This document shows positions 25,747 through 34,865 of a stretch of 64,000 nucleotides of DNA, one piece after another. Positions within the stretch are counted from its first letter, which is position 1; each line of letters starts with the position of its first letter. A model generated the notes under the pieces. The model was not told the DNA's origin and did no database searches. It saw only the letters and a program-made list of their open reading frames with translations. The position numbers and the translations under genes were made by a program. The DNA comes from Anaerolineales bacterium (lineage in GTDB: Bacteria; Chloroflexota; Anaerolineae; Anaerolineales; UBA11579): the NCBI GenBank assembly GCA_019637755.1, contig JAHBVC010000002.1, positions 293,342-357,341 of the forward strand, in the 5' to 3' direction.

Positions 25747-26300
25747 GCCGCCACGCGCTTGGCCATCAGGATGTCGGGCTTGCCGGGGCCGTTGGCATCA
25801 GGGATCACGCCGATCACGGCATAGCCCAGCTTTCGGTAGAAGCCGAAAGGGTGCCCTTTGCGGTCTGCCAGCGCGGCCAAATGCTTCAGCGGATCGGGAA
25901 ACAGGTCTTGCCCGGCTAGCGAGGTCATGCCGTCTTCGTCATCACTGCCGAGCATCACAATACGGCCGCGGCGTGCCACCACCTGGCGCTCAAGATCGGC
26001 CACCAGCGCGCGCCCCACCCCCTGGCGCTGGTAGGCCGGGGCCACCGCCAACGGGTGCAGCTCCCACACCTCGCCATCATATTGGCGGATGCCGCCAACC
26101 CAGCCCAGCACCTCTTCGGCGGCCAGCGCCACGCGGCACACGCGCGCCGGATCGGCAAATTCCTCCAGCTCGGCCTGGGCCGCGGCCAGCGTCGGCCAGG
26201 CATCGGGCCAGTGGGCGGCAAAGGCCGCCACTAGAATATGCGCCATGGCAGCGCGCGGCGCGGCGGCCAGGCTGGCGGCATCCACAATCTGTATCTGCAT
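25743..26300 (-). CDS. GNAT-family N-acetyltransferase (AAC(6')-like layout)
   Basis: ..WELHPLAVAPAYQRQGVGRALVADLE.. is the acetyl-CoA-binding Q/RxxGxG/A motif, followed by a C-terminal FYRKLGY. Confidence 0.8.
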   Translation of the reverse strand: MQIQIVDAASLAAAPRAAMAHILVAAFAAHWPDAWPTLAAAQAELEEFADPARVCRVALAAEEVLGWVGGIRQYDGEVWELHPLAVAPAYQRQGVGRALVADLERQVVARRGRIVMLGSDDEDGMTSLAGQDLFPDPLKHLAALADRKGHPFGFYRKLGYAVIGVIPDANGPGKPDILMAKRVAA

Positions 26301-26317
26301 GCTGAGATTATTGCATA

Positions 26318-26350
26318 AAACGCGGGGCGGGCCATGCCCGCCCCGCGTTT
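26318..26350 (-). terminator. Intrinsic terminator for the two small minus-strand membrane ORFs
   Basis: aaacgcggggcgggccatgcccgccccgcgttt; on the minus strand it is followed by TTTTAT. Confidence 0.7.
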
Positions 26351-26358
26351 CAAGGGTG

Positions 26359-26511
26359 CTATTGGCTGAGCAGCTTATAGGCCAGGGTAGCGGCAGCCAC
26401 CGCCGTGGTGAGCCACAGGGCGGCGCGGCCTTGCCAGCCCAGGCGCTGCTTCAACCAATTCACCAACGGCACGCCCAGCGCGCCGGTAAGCCAATACAAT
26501 GCTTGTTCCAT
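26359..26511 (-). CDS. 50-aa membrane protein (below the ORF-track cutoff)
   Basis: GGGGGA SD precedes the ATG. MEQALYWLTGALGVPLVNWLKQRLGWQGRAALWLTTAVAAATLAYKLLSQ. A terminator follows directly. Confidence 0.45.
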   Translation of the reverse strand: MEQALYWLTGALGVPLVNWLKQRLGWQGRAALWLTTAVAAATLAYKLLSQ

Positions 26512-26560
26512 TTCATCCCCCTTTGGTTAGATAAACAGAAACCCATCCAATCTGTGTGCG

Positions 26561-26767
26561 CTATTTGTCTTGCATCACCTCCTCCAGCTTGGCTAGGATG
26601 CGCTGGCTCAATTCGCCGATCTGCTGCTCGTACAGGCGCAGAATGCGGTCGAGCAGGCTGCGGGCGATGAGATCGCCGCGATAGAAGGCCACGACCATAA
26701 AGGCCAGCAGGCCGATGACCCCTAAGGCGTTGATCGCCTCAAACATAGTGGTGAGTTCGATATTCAC
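26561..26767 (-). CDS. 68-aa single-pass membrane protein with an amphipathic tail
   Basis: AGGAGAG SD precedes GTG 26767. VNIELTTMFEAINALGVIGLLAFMVVAFYRGDLIARSLLDRILRLYEQQIGELSQRILAKLEEVMQDK. Confidence 0.45.
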   Translation of the reverse strand: MNIELTTMFEAINALGVIGLLAFMVVAFYRGDLIARSLLDRILRLYEQQIGELSQRILAKLEEVMQDK

Positions 26768-26816
26768 AATCTCTCCTTTCAAATGCACTACAATCCCCCT
26801 AAGGAGATTCGAGAAA

Positions 26817-27098
26817 ATGGCTAACGCAAAGAAATCTGCCAGCAAAAAGACGGTGAAGAAAGCCGCAAAGAAGACCCCCGCCAAAGTAGCTTCCAAGAAA
26901 TCGCTCGCCAAAAGCAAGGCCAGCAGCCAGCCAAGCCAGGTGGATGCTGGCGGGCGCTCGCTCGGCGCAGGCCTCGGCTTGGGCTTGGCGCTCGGTGTGG
27001 CCTTTGGCGTGGCGCTGGATAACCTGGCGCTGGGCATCGCCTTAGGTGTCGCGCTGGGGGCCGGCATCGGCGCAGCCAGCTCTGCAAACAAGAAGTAG
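26817..27098 (+). CDS. Protein with Lys-rich N-terminus and glycine-zipper membrane C-terminus
   Basis: AAGGAGA SD precedes ATG 26817. MANAKKSASKKTVKKAAKKTPAKVASKK...GAGLGLGLALGVAFGVALDNLALGIALGVALGAGIGA. Confidence 0.5.
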   Translation: MANAKKSASKKTVKKAAKKTPAKVASKKSLAKSKASSQPSQVDAGGRSLGAGLGLGLALGVAFGVALDNLALGIALGVALGAGIGAASSANKK

Positions 27099-27101
27099 GC
27101 G

Positions 27102-27260
27102 ATGGCGCCAACCCCGCGCGGCGTCAACCCGGTTTGGTTTGGGCTCGGCGTTGGCGTGACTCTCGGCCTGTTGCGAGACGACATTCTGCTCGGCAGCATG
27201 GCCGGGCTGGTTGCCTGGGCGCTGAGCACTGCCTACCTGCGCTACCGCCAACTGGGCTAG
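27102..27260 (+). CDS. Possible 52-aa membrane protein
   Basis: The ATG lies 4 nt after the previous stop. MAPTPRGVNPVWFGLGVGVTLGLLRDDILLGSMAGLVAWALSTAYLRYRQLG. No clear SD. Confidence 0.3.
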   Translation: MAPTPRGVNPVWFGLGVGVTLGLLRDDILLGSMAGLVAWALSTAYLRYRQLG

Positions 27261-27290
27261 CCAGTAGCCTGCCGTCCCCCAGCTGACTGG

Positions 27291-27617
27291 CTAACTTTCA
27301 GCGCTGGGGGCGACGATCTGCACGAGCAGCTTGCGCCGCTCCTGGTTGCCGTCTACCCAGGCATGGATCAGCACCACATAGCGCGCCCCGCCATCCGTGG
27401 CGAGGGCGCGCAGCTTTTTTAACGTGAGCACATTGCCGGTGACCACATGGCCATCCCCGGCGTCCATCGCCTCAGCGGTGATATCGACGCCATTGCGGTA
27501 GACCACGGCGGCCGGCGCACTGACGCTGGTAGCCCCCTGCCAATCGACGCTGTAAGCGATTTGCTCGCCGGCGATCATGCTGACCGGGCTGTCGATCAAC
27601 CAAACACTGTTTTCCAT
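27291..27617 (-). CDS. Hypothetical protein, last gene of the phage-like structural module
   Basis: AGGAGGGA SD precedes ATG 27617. 108 aa, beta-rich. Packed 7 nt from the upstream gene. Confidence 0.5.
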   Translation of the reverse strand: MENSVWLIDSPVSMIAGEQIAYSVDWQGATSVSAPAAVVYRNGVDITAEAMDAGDGHVVTGNVLTLKKLRALATDGGARYVVLIHAWVDGNQERRKLLVQIVAPSAES

Positions 27618-27626
27618 TCTTCCCTC

Positions 27627-28982
27627 CTAACGTAAGCGCACGGTGTGCAGCAAGGTCTTGCGGCGGCGAGCGCGCAGCTTGAGCCGCGTGTCTTGAATAC
27701 GCACCTGGGGCGTGGGCTGGGCGCTGCGCATTACTGCGCTCGGCACGGCAAAATAATCCACCACCAAGGCCGGGCGCAAGGCGGGGTTACTGTGGGCGGC
27801 CGCCGCCAGGCGCACGTACTCGGCGCCGTTAGCCGGCGGCGGGTTGGCGCCAGCGTCACGGCTGCTGCGCAGGCTGTAGTAGGCCATGCCGCCGGGCAGC
27901 AGGCCGCTCACATCCAGCGGCGCGCTGCTCAGCAGGCTGTTGGTCGCCACGCCGGCGGTATTGCGCCACAGCGCTGCCAGGCTGCCAGTCCGGCAGCCAT
28001 CGTAGGCCGCCTCGCGATTGCCATTGCTGAGCGGATCCTGCGCTGACCAATCCTGCGCTACGATCTGCACATCGAAATCAGACAGCGTCGAGGCATCCAC
28101 CACGCAGGCCAACCCCAAGGTGGCGGCGTAGATCTGCGCCATCGGGTTGAGCGAAGCCAGCGAGAACTTCACGAAGCCGCGATAGGCGTGATAGCGCGGC
28201 AGGCTGGCTTCATACGCCTGGCCGACGAAGAGATCCGCTCCGCCGGAGTCGTACAAGCTGGAGTTGAGCCGAGCGCCATCGTAGGTACTGTGCTGCCCGG
28301 CCACGAAGCCATCGCCCAGTGCCCCAAACGCGATCAGCGGATCGATCACTACCGGAAAACTGGCCGCAGCCAAATCCTCCAGCGCCAGGCCGGTGTAGTG
28401 CAGCTCGCCATCCTCAAAATGGTGCACGGCCAGCACGCGCCCGGCAGCATCCAGCGCGTGACCAGGGGTGAACTGCAAGCCCTGCGGCGTGCCCTGCCGC
28501 CGCGTGGCATACACCAGATAGCCCGCGCGGCTCTCCAGCGCGGGCATGGCAGCGATGCGCAATTCTTCCTTTACTCCGTTTTCCGTAAGCAGCAGCTCAT
28601 GGCAGAAGACGCCCTGCTCACGGCGCAGGCGCGTACCGGCGGCGCGTGCCACGGCGGGCAACTGCGCCAGCGCGGTGTAGCCTGCCTGCGCCCACACGCC
28701 CACACTGTAGGTGCGCTGCGCATAGCTGCCCACGCTCAGGCTGCCATCCGGCGCCAGGCGCACGGGCGAGCCCGCCGCGCCCCAGCGCGCCGCCGCATCG
28801 GGGCGCAGGTTAAGGTCATAGCTTTGCCAGCCGTGCGGGCCGCGGAAGTATTGCGGCGCGGTGGTGACCACCGCCCGGCGCAGGCCGCCGGCCAACGCAA
28901 AGTGCGTAGCGTGCGCACTGCGTTGGGTCACGCGGCCGGCCAGCTCAGGATTGTGCTCAAAAAACGTATCGATCCAAGTCAT
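27627..28982 (-). CDS. Hypothetical phage-like structural protein (451 aa)
   Basis: GGAGGGG SD precedes ATG 28982 (MTWIDTFFEHNPELAG..). Tightly packed in the structural operon. No family recognised. Confidence 0.5.
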   Translation of the reverse strand: MTWIDTFFEHNPELAGRVTQRSAHATHFALAGGLRRAVVTTAPQYFRGPHGWQSYDLNLRPDAAARWGAAGSPVRLAPDGSLSVGSYAQRTYSVGVWAQAGYTALAQLPAVARAAGTRLRREQGVFCHELLLTENGVKEELRIAAMPALESRAGYLVYATRRQGTPQGLQFTPGHALDAAGRVLAVHHFEDGELHYTGLALEDLAAASFPVVIDPLIAFGALGDGFVAGQHSTYDGARLNSSLYDSGGADLFVGQAYEASLPRYHAYRGFVKFSLASLNPMAQIYAATLGLACVVDASTLSDFDVQIVAQDWSAQDPLSNGNREAAYDGCRTGSLAALWRNTAGVATNSLLSSAPLDVSGLLPGGMAYYSLRSSRDAGANPPPANGAEYVRLAAAAHSNPALRPALVVDYFAVPSAVMRSAQPTPQVRIQDTRLKLRARRRKTLLHTVRLR

Positions 28983-28993
28983 CACCCCTCCTG

Positions 28994-29419
28994 CTACTCG
29001 CCCAGGTAGAGCACGCCTTCCGGGCTCCACTCCAGGTTGAAGTCTTCACCGCTGACCGTGTGGTCTGCGCCAAAGTTCATGTAGGCCAGCAGCGGGCTGG
29101 TGGCCGGGTTGCCGCTGTCTTTATAGAGCAGCGCCGCCCGTGCCGTGAAAGCGCCCACCGCCCACAGGGGGCTGTTCGCTTGCAACACGGCGCGGTCGTT
29201 GGCGTCATCCTGGGTGAGTACCACGCCGCTGAGCAGTTGGCCGCCGGCGCTGTAGCCGGTGCCCACCACCTCATGGCTGATATCAGCAAAGACTTGATGG
29301 CTATCTTTGTTGGCCACGTACTCCGCCGTCACCAGCGCCACGCGCAACGCATCCAGCAGCGGTTGCACCTCCCCCTTGAGCCAGGCCAGTTTGCCCGCGT
29401 TGTAGATAAAGCTGTACAT
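28994..29419 (-). CDS. Hypothetical phage-like structural protein (141 aa)
   Basis: GGAGGGGGAAG SD precedes ATG 29419 (MYSFIYNAGKLAWLKGEV..). Confidence 0.5.
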   Translation of the reverse strand: MYSFIYNAGKLAWLKGEVQPLLDALRVALVTAEYVANKDSHQVFADISHEVVGTGYSAGGQLLSGVVLTQDDANDRAVLQANSPLWAVGAFTARAALLYKDSGNPATSPLLAYMNFGADHTVSGEDFNLEWSPEGVLYLGE

Positions 29420-29445
29420 CTTCCCCCTCCGATCGTTTGATGGAA

Positions 29446-31998
29446 CTACCCTTCACGAATGCGCACCAGCGCCACGCCACCTTCGCCTTGCGGGGCACGC
29501 TGCAGGCTGGGCGCATCCACAATCACATAGCTGTCATCCAGCCCGGCCCACATGGCGCGCAGCCGTAGCCGCGTGGCGCTGCGCGCCGCTTGGCGCAGCC
29601 AGGCCAGGAAGGTTTGCGGGGCGGCATCCAGCCCTTCGCCGCCGTGCAGTTGCAGCGCATCCAGGCGCACCTGCAACTCCCACTGGTATTTTTGTGGCGT
29701 GCGCGCAAAGCCATCCAGCAGCGTCGCTTCCACGATGGCTGGGGTAGCGGCGCGCTGGCTGAGCAGGCGCAGGCGCGGGCGCAGCGCGAACAGCTCGCCC
29801 GTGTTCAGGGTCAGCCGGTCAACCGGCGAGGAGTAGAAGCTGCCCGCCTGGCGCCAGCTCGGCCCGCCGATCTCGGCGTCCAACTGGAAATCGAGTGCAA
29901 CCTGGGCGCCCTCCCCCAGGTTGCGGCTCACCAGGCTGAGCTGGGTGAGAAACTTGGGCAACAGCGTCGCTTCCATATCGATGCTGCTGCCCACCAGCAC
30001 ACCTTCGTGCTGGTAGCGCATGCCTGCATCCCCCAGCGGGTTCTCGCCTTCGGCCGGCAGCGGCAACCAGAGCAGATCGCCACCGCACTCCACCCACAGC
30101 CAGGCCGGCATCCCCGCCCCACCGGGTTGCAGCGCCAGGCTGCGTAGCGGGGCGGCCGGCCGCGGGGCACGCAGCAGCTCATGCCAGGCAGTGCCGTCCC
30201 ACACCAGCACGCTGGAATGGCCGCGGCCGGCGTCTTGCGCCACGGCCAGAGCATGCGCACCCAGCGGCAGCAGCGCGGCCAGTTGGCCGGCGCGGCCCGG
30301 CGGCAGGCCCTCACCCTGGCCGGGGCCGAAGCGCTTCAGCCCGCTGCCGCCAGTGGCGAGCAGTTGGCTGCCCCAGCCCAGCCAGAGCGCATCGTTCCAC
30401 ACCTGGGCGCTGGGCGTGATATGGCGCGGCAGCCGCGGCAGCCCGAGCGGTTGGCGCTGCACATGCTCGCTGCGCTCCAGTTGCCACAGGCTATCTGCCT
30501 TGAGGGTGCATAGCTGGCCGTTGAAATCAAACAAACGCAGCAAGGGCAAGCCGTCGCCCCCGAGTTGGATCGGCGTAGCAAAGCTGAGCGGGGTCAGCCA
30601 GGCGCTGGGCTGGGCGCGTGAGATCTGCGCGCTGGCAGCCAGCCCGCGCCACACTTGCGGGCCAAACTCCGCATGTTGAAAGATGTGCAACAGGTCGGCG
30701 GCGTTGCTGCCATCCGCATCGAACTCATGCGCCGGCGGCGTAGCCGCCGGGTTGAAGCGCATGCGCAGCAGCGGCAGGCTGGCACCCAGCGCCAACAAAG
30801 CCTGGCCGTTCATCACGGCGACATCGCTCACGCTACCATTCAGCGTATCGCCACTGCTGGGGCTGATGTCTTGCCAGTGCGGCGTGGCCGTGATGAGGTA
30901 CTGCGAGCTGGCATCCGGCAGGGCCTGCCACGCGGCGACCTGGAGCTGGGTGTCGTTATTGCCCACAATCTGGCGCAGTTGGCCCGCTCCCGCCCCGGCA
31001 TGGATGTACACCCATGCCCCCGCCCACTGATCGGCGGGCCAGAGTGCATTGGCATCGCTCAGGCTGGTGGCGCTGGCGCTGCTGGCCACGCCACGCGCCC
31101 CGTTGAGGTAGAGATGCGAGGGGCTGCCGTCAGCGCGCTGATCGGCAGCGTACAGCGCCCCATCCAACCAGAAGAACAGGAAGCGCCGGTCAAGATCGTT
31201 ATCCTCTATGCGGTAGTAGGCGCGAAAACTGGTGGCGTGCCACCCGCCATCGGCGGCGGCGCGCTGCCCGCCGGGGGCACGCCGCTCCACGCCAATCTCC
31301 CAATGGTTACTGGCGTTGTCGCTGGCCGCGCCACGCACGGCGAGGTGGTAGCTGCCAGCGCTCAACGGCGTGCTGTAGCCGGAGACATCAAAGCGCCGCC
31401 ACTGGCTGACCACATCGGTGATCTCAGTCACGGTCACCTGGCTGGCCGAGTTGGGCAACACCGCGCCGGGCTGCCCGGCAGCATCGGCGTGCAACTGCAC
31501 GCTGAGCTCGCCAGGCGAGCCCACCCGCCGCAGCCACACGCAGGCGTGCTTAGCGGCCAAGCCTTCGGCGCCCACGCTGAAGGCCGCCGCCAGGCTGCGC
31601 TGCTCGCCCAGCAAGGCCTGCCAACTGAGGTCCCCGGGCAGGCGCTGCACCGCGTGGCGCAGCCCTTGCGCATAGCTCCATTGTGGGGCGGCATGCACGC
31701 GGCCGGGGGTCAGCGTCCAGGCGTTTTGGCTATCGAAGAAATGGCGCGCCGTCTGAGTGCTGAAGCGCGCCACGCCGCGCCCGCCGCTCCAATCGCGTTG
31801 CTCGATCTGCGCCAGCCCCGGCTCCCAAGCGCCAAAGCCGCTGACCCAATTAAGCCGCAAGCCGGAGGGCGTCAGCAACGTTTCTTTGATGCCGGCCGCG
31901 CCGCCTTGCAGGTGCAGCCCCCAGGTGAGCACGCCATCGCTGAGGCTGAGTTCGTGGCTGGGATGGCTGGCGCCGGGATAGACCTGCAGCGCCGCCAT
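29446..31998 (-). CDS. Large phage-like structural protein (850 aa; in the position of a podovirus tail-tube/nozzle protein)
   Basis: ATG 31998 overlaps the upstream stop (TGATG). MAALQVYPGASHPSHELSLSDGVLTWGL.. The functional guess rests only on size and position. Confidence 0.5.
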   Translation of the reverse strand: MAALQVYPGASHPSHELSLSDGVLTWGLHLQGGAAGIKETLLTPSGLRLNWVSGFGAWEPGLAQIEQRDWSGGRGVARFSTQTARHFFDSQNAWTLTPGRVHAAPQWSYAQGLRHAVQRLPGDLSWQALLGEQRSLAAAFSVGAEGLAAKHACVWLRRVGSPGELSVQLHADAAGQPGAVLPNSASQVTVTEITDVVSQWRRFDVSGYSTPLSAGSYHLAVRGAASDNASNHWEIGVERRAPGGQRAAADGGWHATSFRAYYRIEDNDLDRRFLFFWLDGALYAADQRADGSPSHLYLNGARGVASSASATSLSDANALWPADQWAGAWVYIHAGAGAGQLRQIVGNNDTQLQVAAWQALPDASSQYLITATPHWQDISPSSGDTLNGSVSDVAVMNGQALLALGASLPLLRMRFNPAATPPAHEFDADGSNAADLLHIFQHAEFGPQVWRGLAASAQISRAQPSAWLTPLSFATPIQLGGDGLPLLRLFDFNGQLCTLKADSLWQLERSEHVQRQPLGLPRLPRHITPSAQVWNDALWLGWGSQLLATGGSGLKRFGPGQGEGLPPGRAGQLAALLPLGAHALAVAQDAGRGHSSVLVWDGTAWHELLRAPRPAAPLRSLALQPGGAGMPAWLWVECGGDLLWLPLPAEGENPLGDAGMRYQHEGVLVGSSIDMEATLLPKFLTQLSLVSRNLGEGAQVALDFQLDAEIGGPSWRQAGSFYSSPVDRLTLNTGELFALRPRLRLLSQRAATPAIVEATLLDGFARTPQKYQWELQVRLDALQLHGGEGLDAAPQTFLAWLRQAARSATRLRLRAMWAGLDDSYVIVDAPSLQRAPQGEGGVALVRIREG

Positions 31999-32819
31999 CA
32001 GAAGCTCCGCGCGCTGAGCAGGCGCGCCCCGCGCCGCGGGCGCCAGATGGGAAAGCGCCGCTGGGCCGCCTGCAACTCCTCGGCGGCCGCCTGCCACAAC
32101 GCGGCCAATTGGCCATCGCCGCCTTTGCGCACGCTATACCAGCGCAGGGCGCGCTCCACCACTGCCGCCACCGCCAGCTCCGGCTGAATGGCGGCGGAGA
32201 GTGTATCGCCTGCGGCCGCCAGGCGCGGGTGCGTGGCCGGATACCAAACGCGCAGCGGCCGCCCTGGCGGCAACGCGTCGGCAAAGCGCACGGTGCCGGG
32301 GGCGCCGGGCGGGGCGGGCACAAAATCCCAATCATGCAGCGTACGCCACGGGTCGCCGGCGCTCACCCCGGCAACGGCCAGGCAGTCGATGCGCAGCGGG
32401 CGGCGGTGCGCCCACTCCAGGGTGTGGGCGTGCGGAGCCACGGCGTATTCATCCACCAGCGGGATCTCGCCCAGGCCGCGCAGGGCGCTATTGGCCAGCT
32501 CCAGCATGGTGGCCAGCGGATACTGCGCCGAGGCTAGCGCGTAGGCCATGCCCGCCTCCACCGGCTCGCTGAGGCTGGGCGCCAGGGCCAGCGTGCCCGT
32601 GCTGGCGGCGAAGCCCGCCACGCGGGCGAATTCGCCCGCCGGCGGCGCCCCGCCCGCGGCGAGGAAGACACTGCCGCCCTTCCAGTCATCCTCGCTGTGC
32701 TGGCCGGCCAGCTCCGCATCGGTCAGGCTGCTGGCGCTGCCGCCGCTGGCCTGGCCGCGGCGCAACTGGCCGAGCTCGGTGTAGGCGTCTTGAAGCAACT
32801 CACTCAACGTGTATGACAT
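31998..32819 (-). CDS. Phage-like structural protein (273 aa; in the position of a head-tail adaptor or tail-tube A protein)
   Basis: AAGGGGGA SD precedes ATG 32819 (MSYTLSELLQDAYTELGQL..). It is the first gene after the capsid gene and its hairpins. Confidence 0.5.
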   Translation of the reverse strand: MSYTLSELLQDAYTELGQLRRGQASGGSASSLTDAELAGQHSEDDWKGGSVFLAAGGAPPAGEFARVAGFAASTGTLALAPSLSEPVEAGMAYALASAQYPLATMLELANSALRGLGEIPLVDEYAVAPHAHTLEWAHRRPLRIDCLAVAGVSAGDPWRTLHDWDFVPAPPGAPGTVRFADALPPGRPLRVWYPATHPRLAAAGDTLSAAIQPELAVAAVVERALRWYSVRKGGDGQLAALWQAAAEELQAAQRRFPIWRPRRGARLLSARSF

Positions 32820-32876
32820 ACATCCCCCTTGGTCTGCTGCGCGCTTAAATGACGCAGCCTGCGGCGTTAACAGTCG

Positions 32877-32950
32877 GGGCCCAGGCTCCCCCTCGCCTGG
32901 GCCCACCGCGCCGGGTGCGCGCCGGTGTGCTGGCGCAGGTCTGCGCCAGC
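32877..32950 (-). terminator. Two GC-rich hairpins immediately downstream of the capsid gene (partial terminator or RNA-stability element)
   Basis: gctggcgcaggtctgcgccagc (32929-32950) and gggcccaggctccccctcgcctgggccc (32877-32904). No clear U-run. Confidence 0.45.
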
Positions 32951-32967
32951 GCACCTCCTGATATCGT

Positions 32968-34098
32968 CTAGCTAGTAATGCCAAAGATCTTGCCGTGGGC
33001 CTTGTTGTTGGCCACCAGCAAGCTCAATTCGCCTACCACCTCGCCCTTCAGACTGTCGCCAGAGCGCGCCAGCTCCTTGGCCTCAAAGCCGCGCAGCGTG
33101 TAGAAGCCCACCTTGCCGCTCTCCAGAATGTAGGCGGTGTGCACCGGGCACCAGCGATTCATCACCAGCTCCAGTTCACCGTACTGCGTCACCACGCGCT
33201 CGATCGCATCCAGGCCCAGCTTGTGCTCGCCCTGGCCGACGCGTACGAAGCTGCTATTGTCGAGCAGATTGCGCAAATCATTCGCCACGCGCGGATTCAT
33301 CACCAGCAGATCGGGGTTGCCGCCATCCATCACGATCTCTTCCATCAGCGCGTCCACATCCGCCTTGGCGATCGCCCCGCCAGCATCCACGCTGTTGTTG
33401 GTGATGAAGCTACCCAGGCCGCCCATCGAGCGCGGCGTGCTGGCCGAACCAGCCGCCCGCACCCCGTGGAAGGCGGCGCCTTCCACCAGGCGCAGCAAGT
33501 GCGGCACGGCCTTATTGGCTTGGTACTGGAATTCATCCTCAATGCCGTGCTGGCTGATCGCCTGCTGGGTGCCGCTCACCTGCACTGCCTTCTGAAAAAT
33601 GCTGGTGTAGTTGAACGGTACACTGAGCGCGGTCAGCGGGCCGTAGTCGGCATCGTCACCCTCGAGGCGCGCCATGGCGCAAATCGTGATCGCGGCGGTC
33701 GCCGCGTGGGTAGCATTCGTGCCACCGTAGGCACGGCTATATACCGTCACGTTGTTGGTGCCCAGATCAACACTCTTGACCACCATGTACTCGGCGTCGA
33801 TCAGGATGACGTGGCCATCCTGAAACACCGAGGCGTCGGCCACCACGAAGCTGGTATCCGCCGCGCCGATCGTCTCGCCGTTGTTGGCGGCGGTCACCAG
33901 CGGGTCCAGCTCATCTTCGAGCAGCTCCACCTTATGGCCGTTCATGCGGATCTTGAACTTGTCGCGGGCGCTATCCAACCCCAGGCGCGCCAGCAACGGC
34001 GTATCGCGCGGGTCCACCATCTGCACCACATCGCTGATCACCCGCGCCTGGGCCGCCGTATCCGCATAGGTTGTTTTCATGCCATCGTAAATTGCCAT
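32968..34098 (-). CDS. Major capsid protein, HK97-fold (DUF5309 / SU10-type family)
   Basis: 376 aa. The N-terminal block ARVISDVVQMVDPRDTPLLARLG...HKVELLEDEL follows the xDLxDxIxxIxPxDTPFxSxxG...HEWxxDxL pattern of this capsid family. AGGGGGA SD. It sits right after a scaffold-like gene. Confidence 0.7.
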   Translation of the reverse strand: MAIYDGMKTTYADTAAQARVISDVVQMVDPRDTPLLARLGLDSARDKFKIRMNGHKVELLEDELDPLVTAANNGETIGAADTSFVVADASVFQDGHVILIDAEYMVVKSVDLGTNNVTVYSRAYGGTNATHAATAAITICAMARLEGDDADYGPLTALSVPFNYTSIFQKAVQVSGTQQAISQHGIEDEFQYQANKAVPHLLRLVEGAAFHGVRAAGSASTPRSMGGLGSFITNNSVDAGGAIAKADVDALMEEIVMDGGNPDLLVMNPRVANDLRNLLDNSSFVRVGQGEHKLGLDAIERVVTQYGELELVMNRWCPVHTAYILESGKVGFYTLRGFEAKELARSGDSLKGEVVGELSLLVANNKAHGKIFGITS

Positions 34099-34197
34099 AC
34101 AAAATCCCCCTATTCGCTGTTAGCTCTTAGCCGTAAGCTAAGAGTTCAAATCTCTGCCTTCTATTTACCAATTGCTATTTGCCATTTTTTATTCTTT

Positions 34198-34247
34198 ATC
34201 CCTCATCCCTCATCCTTCATCCTTCATCCTTGCCTTCCATCCTTGCT
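34198..34247. repeat. GGATGA-rich short repeat block inside an AT-rich spacer between the scaffold and capsid genes
   Basis: atccctcatccctcatccttcatccttcatccttgccttccatccttgc belongs to the same motif family as 12032-12065 and 12493-12562. The adjacent hairpin ctcttagc-cgtaa-gctaagag lies at about 34124-34144. Confidence 0.6.
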
Positions 34248-34712
34248 TTAGTACACCTCCAGTCCGCGCTGGCGAAATTCGCGCTTAAGCTCCACCACCG
34301 CCGCTAGGTTGCCCGGCCGCAAGGCGGCCATGCGCCGGCGGTACTCGGCGGGCAGATCGGCGGGCGGCGCCCCGCCGCCGCCCGGCGGGATCGCCAGGCT
34401 GGCACGCCCCTGCGGCGCGCCCCAGCGCGCCAGGCGTTGCAGCGCGTCGGCCGCCGTGGCCACCAGCGCCTGCACATCCGGCTCGGTGGCTTCATCCAGC
34501 GCCGCGCGCCGCGGCGCGGCAGGCGCCGCAGTCGTTGCCAGGCGCTGCTCCAATTCGCCCAGCAGCGCCTGCTTGAACTCTTCGCCCAGTTGCGCCTTCA
34601 CCAGATCCGCAATGCGTTGCTGCTTCTTACTCCCTCCCAATGCCGTGGCCGCCGGCGCGGCGCGCCCCTCGAAACCATCGGCCTGGGAACCCTCCAGTTG
34701 CTCTACGTGCAT
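34248..34712 (-). CDS. Scaffolding-like protein (154 aa, Ala/Glu/Arg-rich, helical)
   Basis: AGGAGGTG SD precedes ATG 34712 (MHVEQLEGSQADGFEG..KKQQRIADLVKAQLGEEFKQALLGELEQRL..). The call rests on position directly upstream of the capsid gene and on composition. Confidence 0.4.
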   Translation of the reverse strand: MHVEQLEGSQADGFEGRAAPAATALGGSKKQQRIADLVKAQLGEEFKQALLGELEQRLATTAAPAAPRRAALDEATEPDVQALVATAADALQRLARWGAPQGRASLAIPPGGGGAPPADLPAEYRRRMAALRPGNLAAVVELKREFRQRGLEVY

Positions 34713-34865
34713 AGCCCACCTCCTGTTGCGCAGGTATAGCATGGCAACGCGTCGTATAGTGCGCCTACATTTAAAAATCAAGCGGCTGGACAATGCACCT
34801 ATCACTTATGCAAGGTTATTGGAGCCAAAGCAAATTTCAACTATCATCCTTGACAGGACGCGTAT

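Noticed and set aside
25306-26300. GNAT plus downstream 146-aa ORF as a GNAT-toxin/antitoxin pair
   Set aside because: Known GNAT toxin systems have a small RHH/DUF1778 antitoxin upstream. Here the partner is downstream, larger, and has no DNA-binding features. The GNAT looks like an AAC(6')-type enzyme.
30655-34251. Long plus-strand ORFs (510 aa at 30655-32187 and 418 aa at 32995-34251) opposite the phage-like structural genes
   Set aside because: There are no SD sequences and the composition is GC-artefact. The minus-strand genes have strong SD sequences, tight coupling and, for the capsid, a recognisable family pattern.
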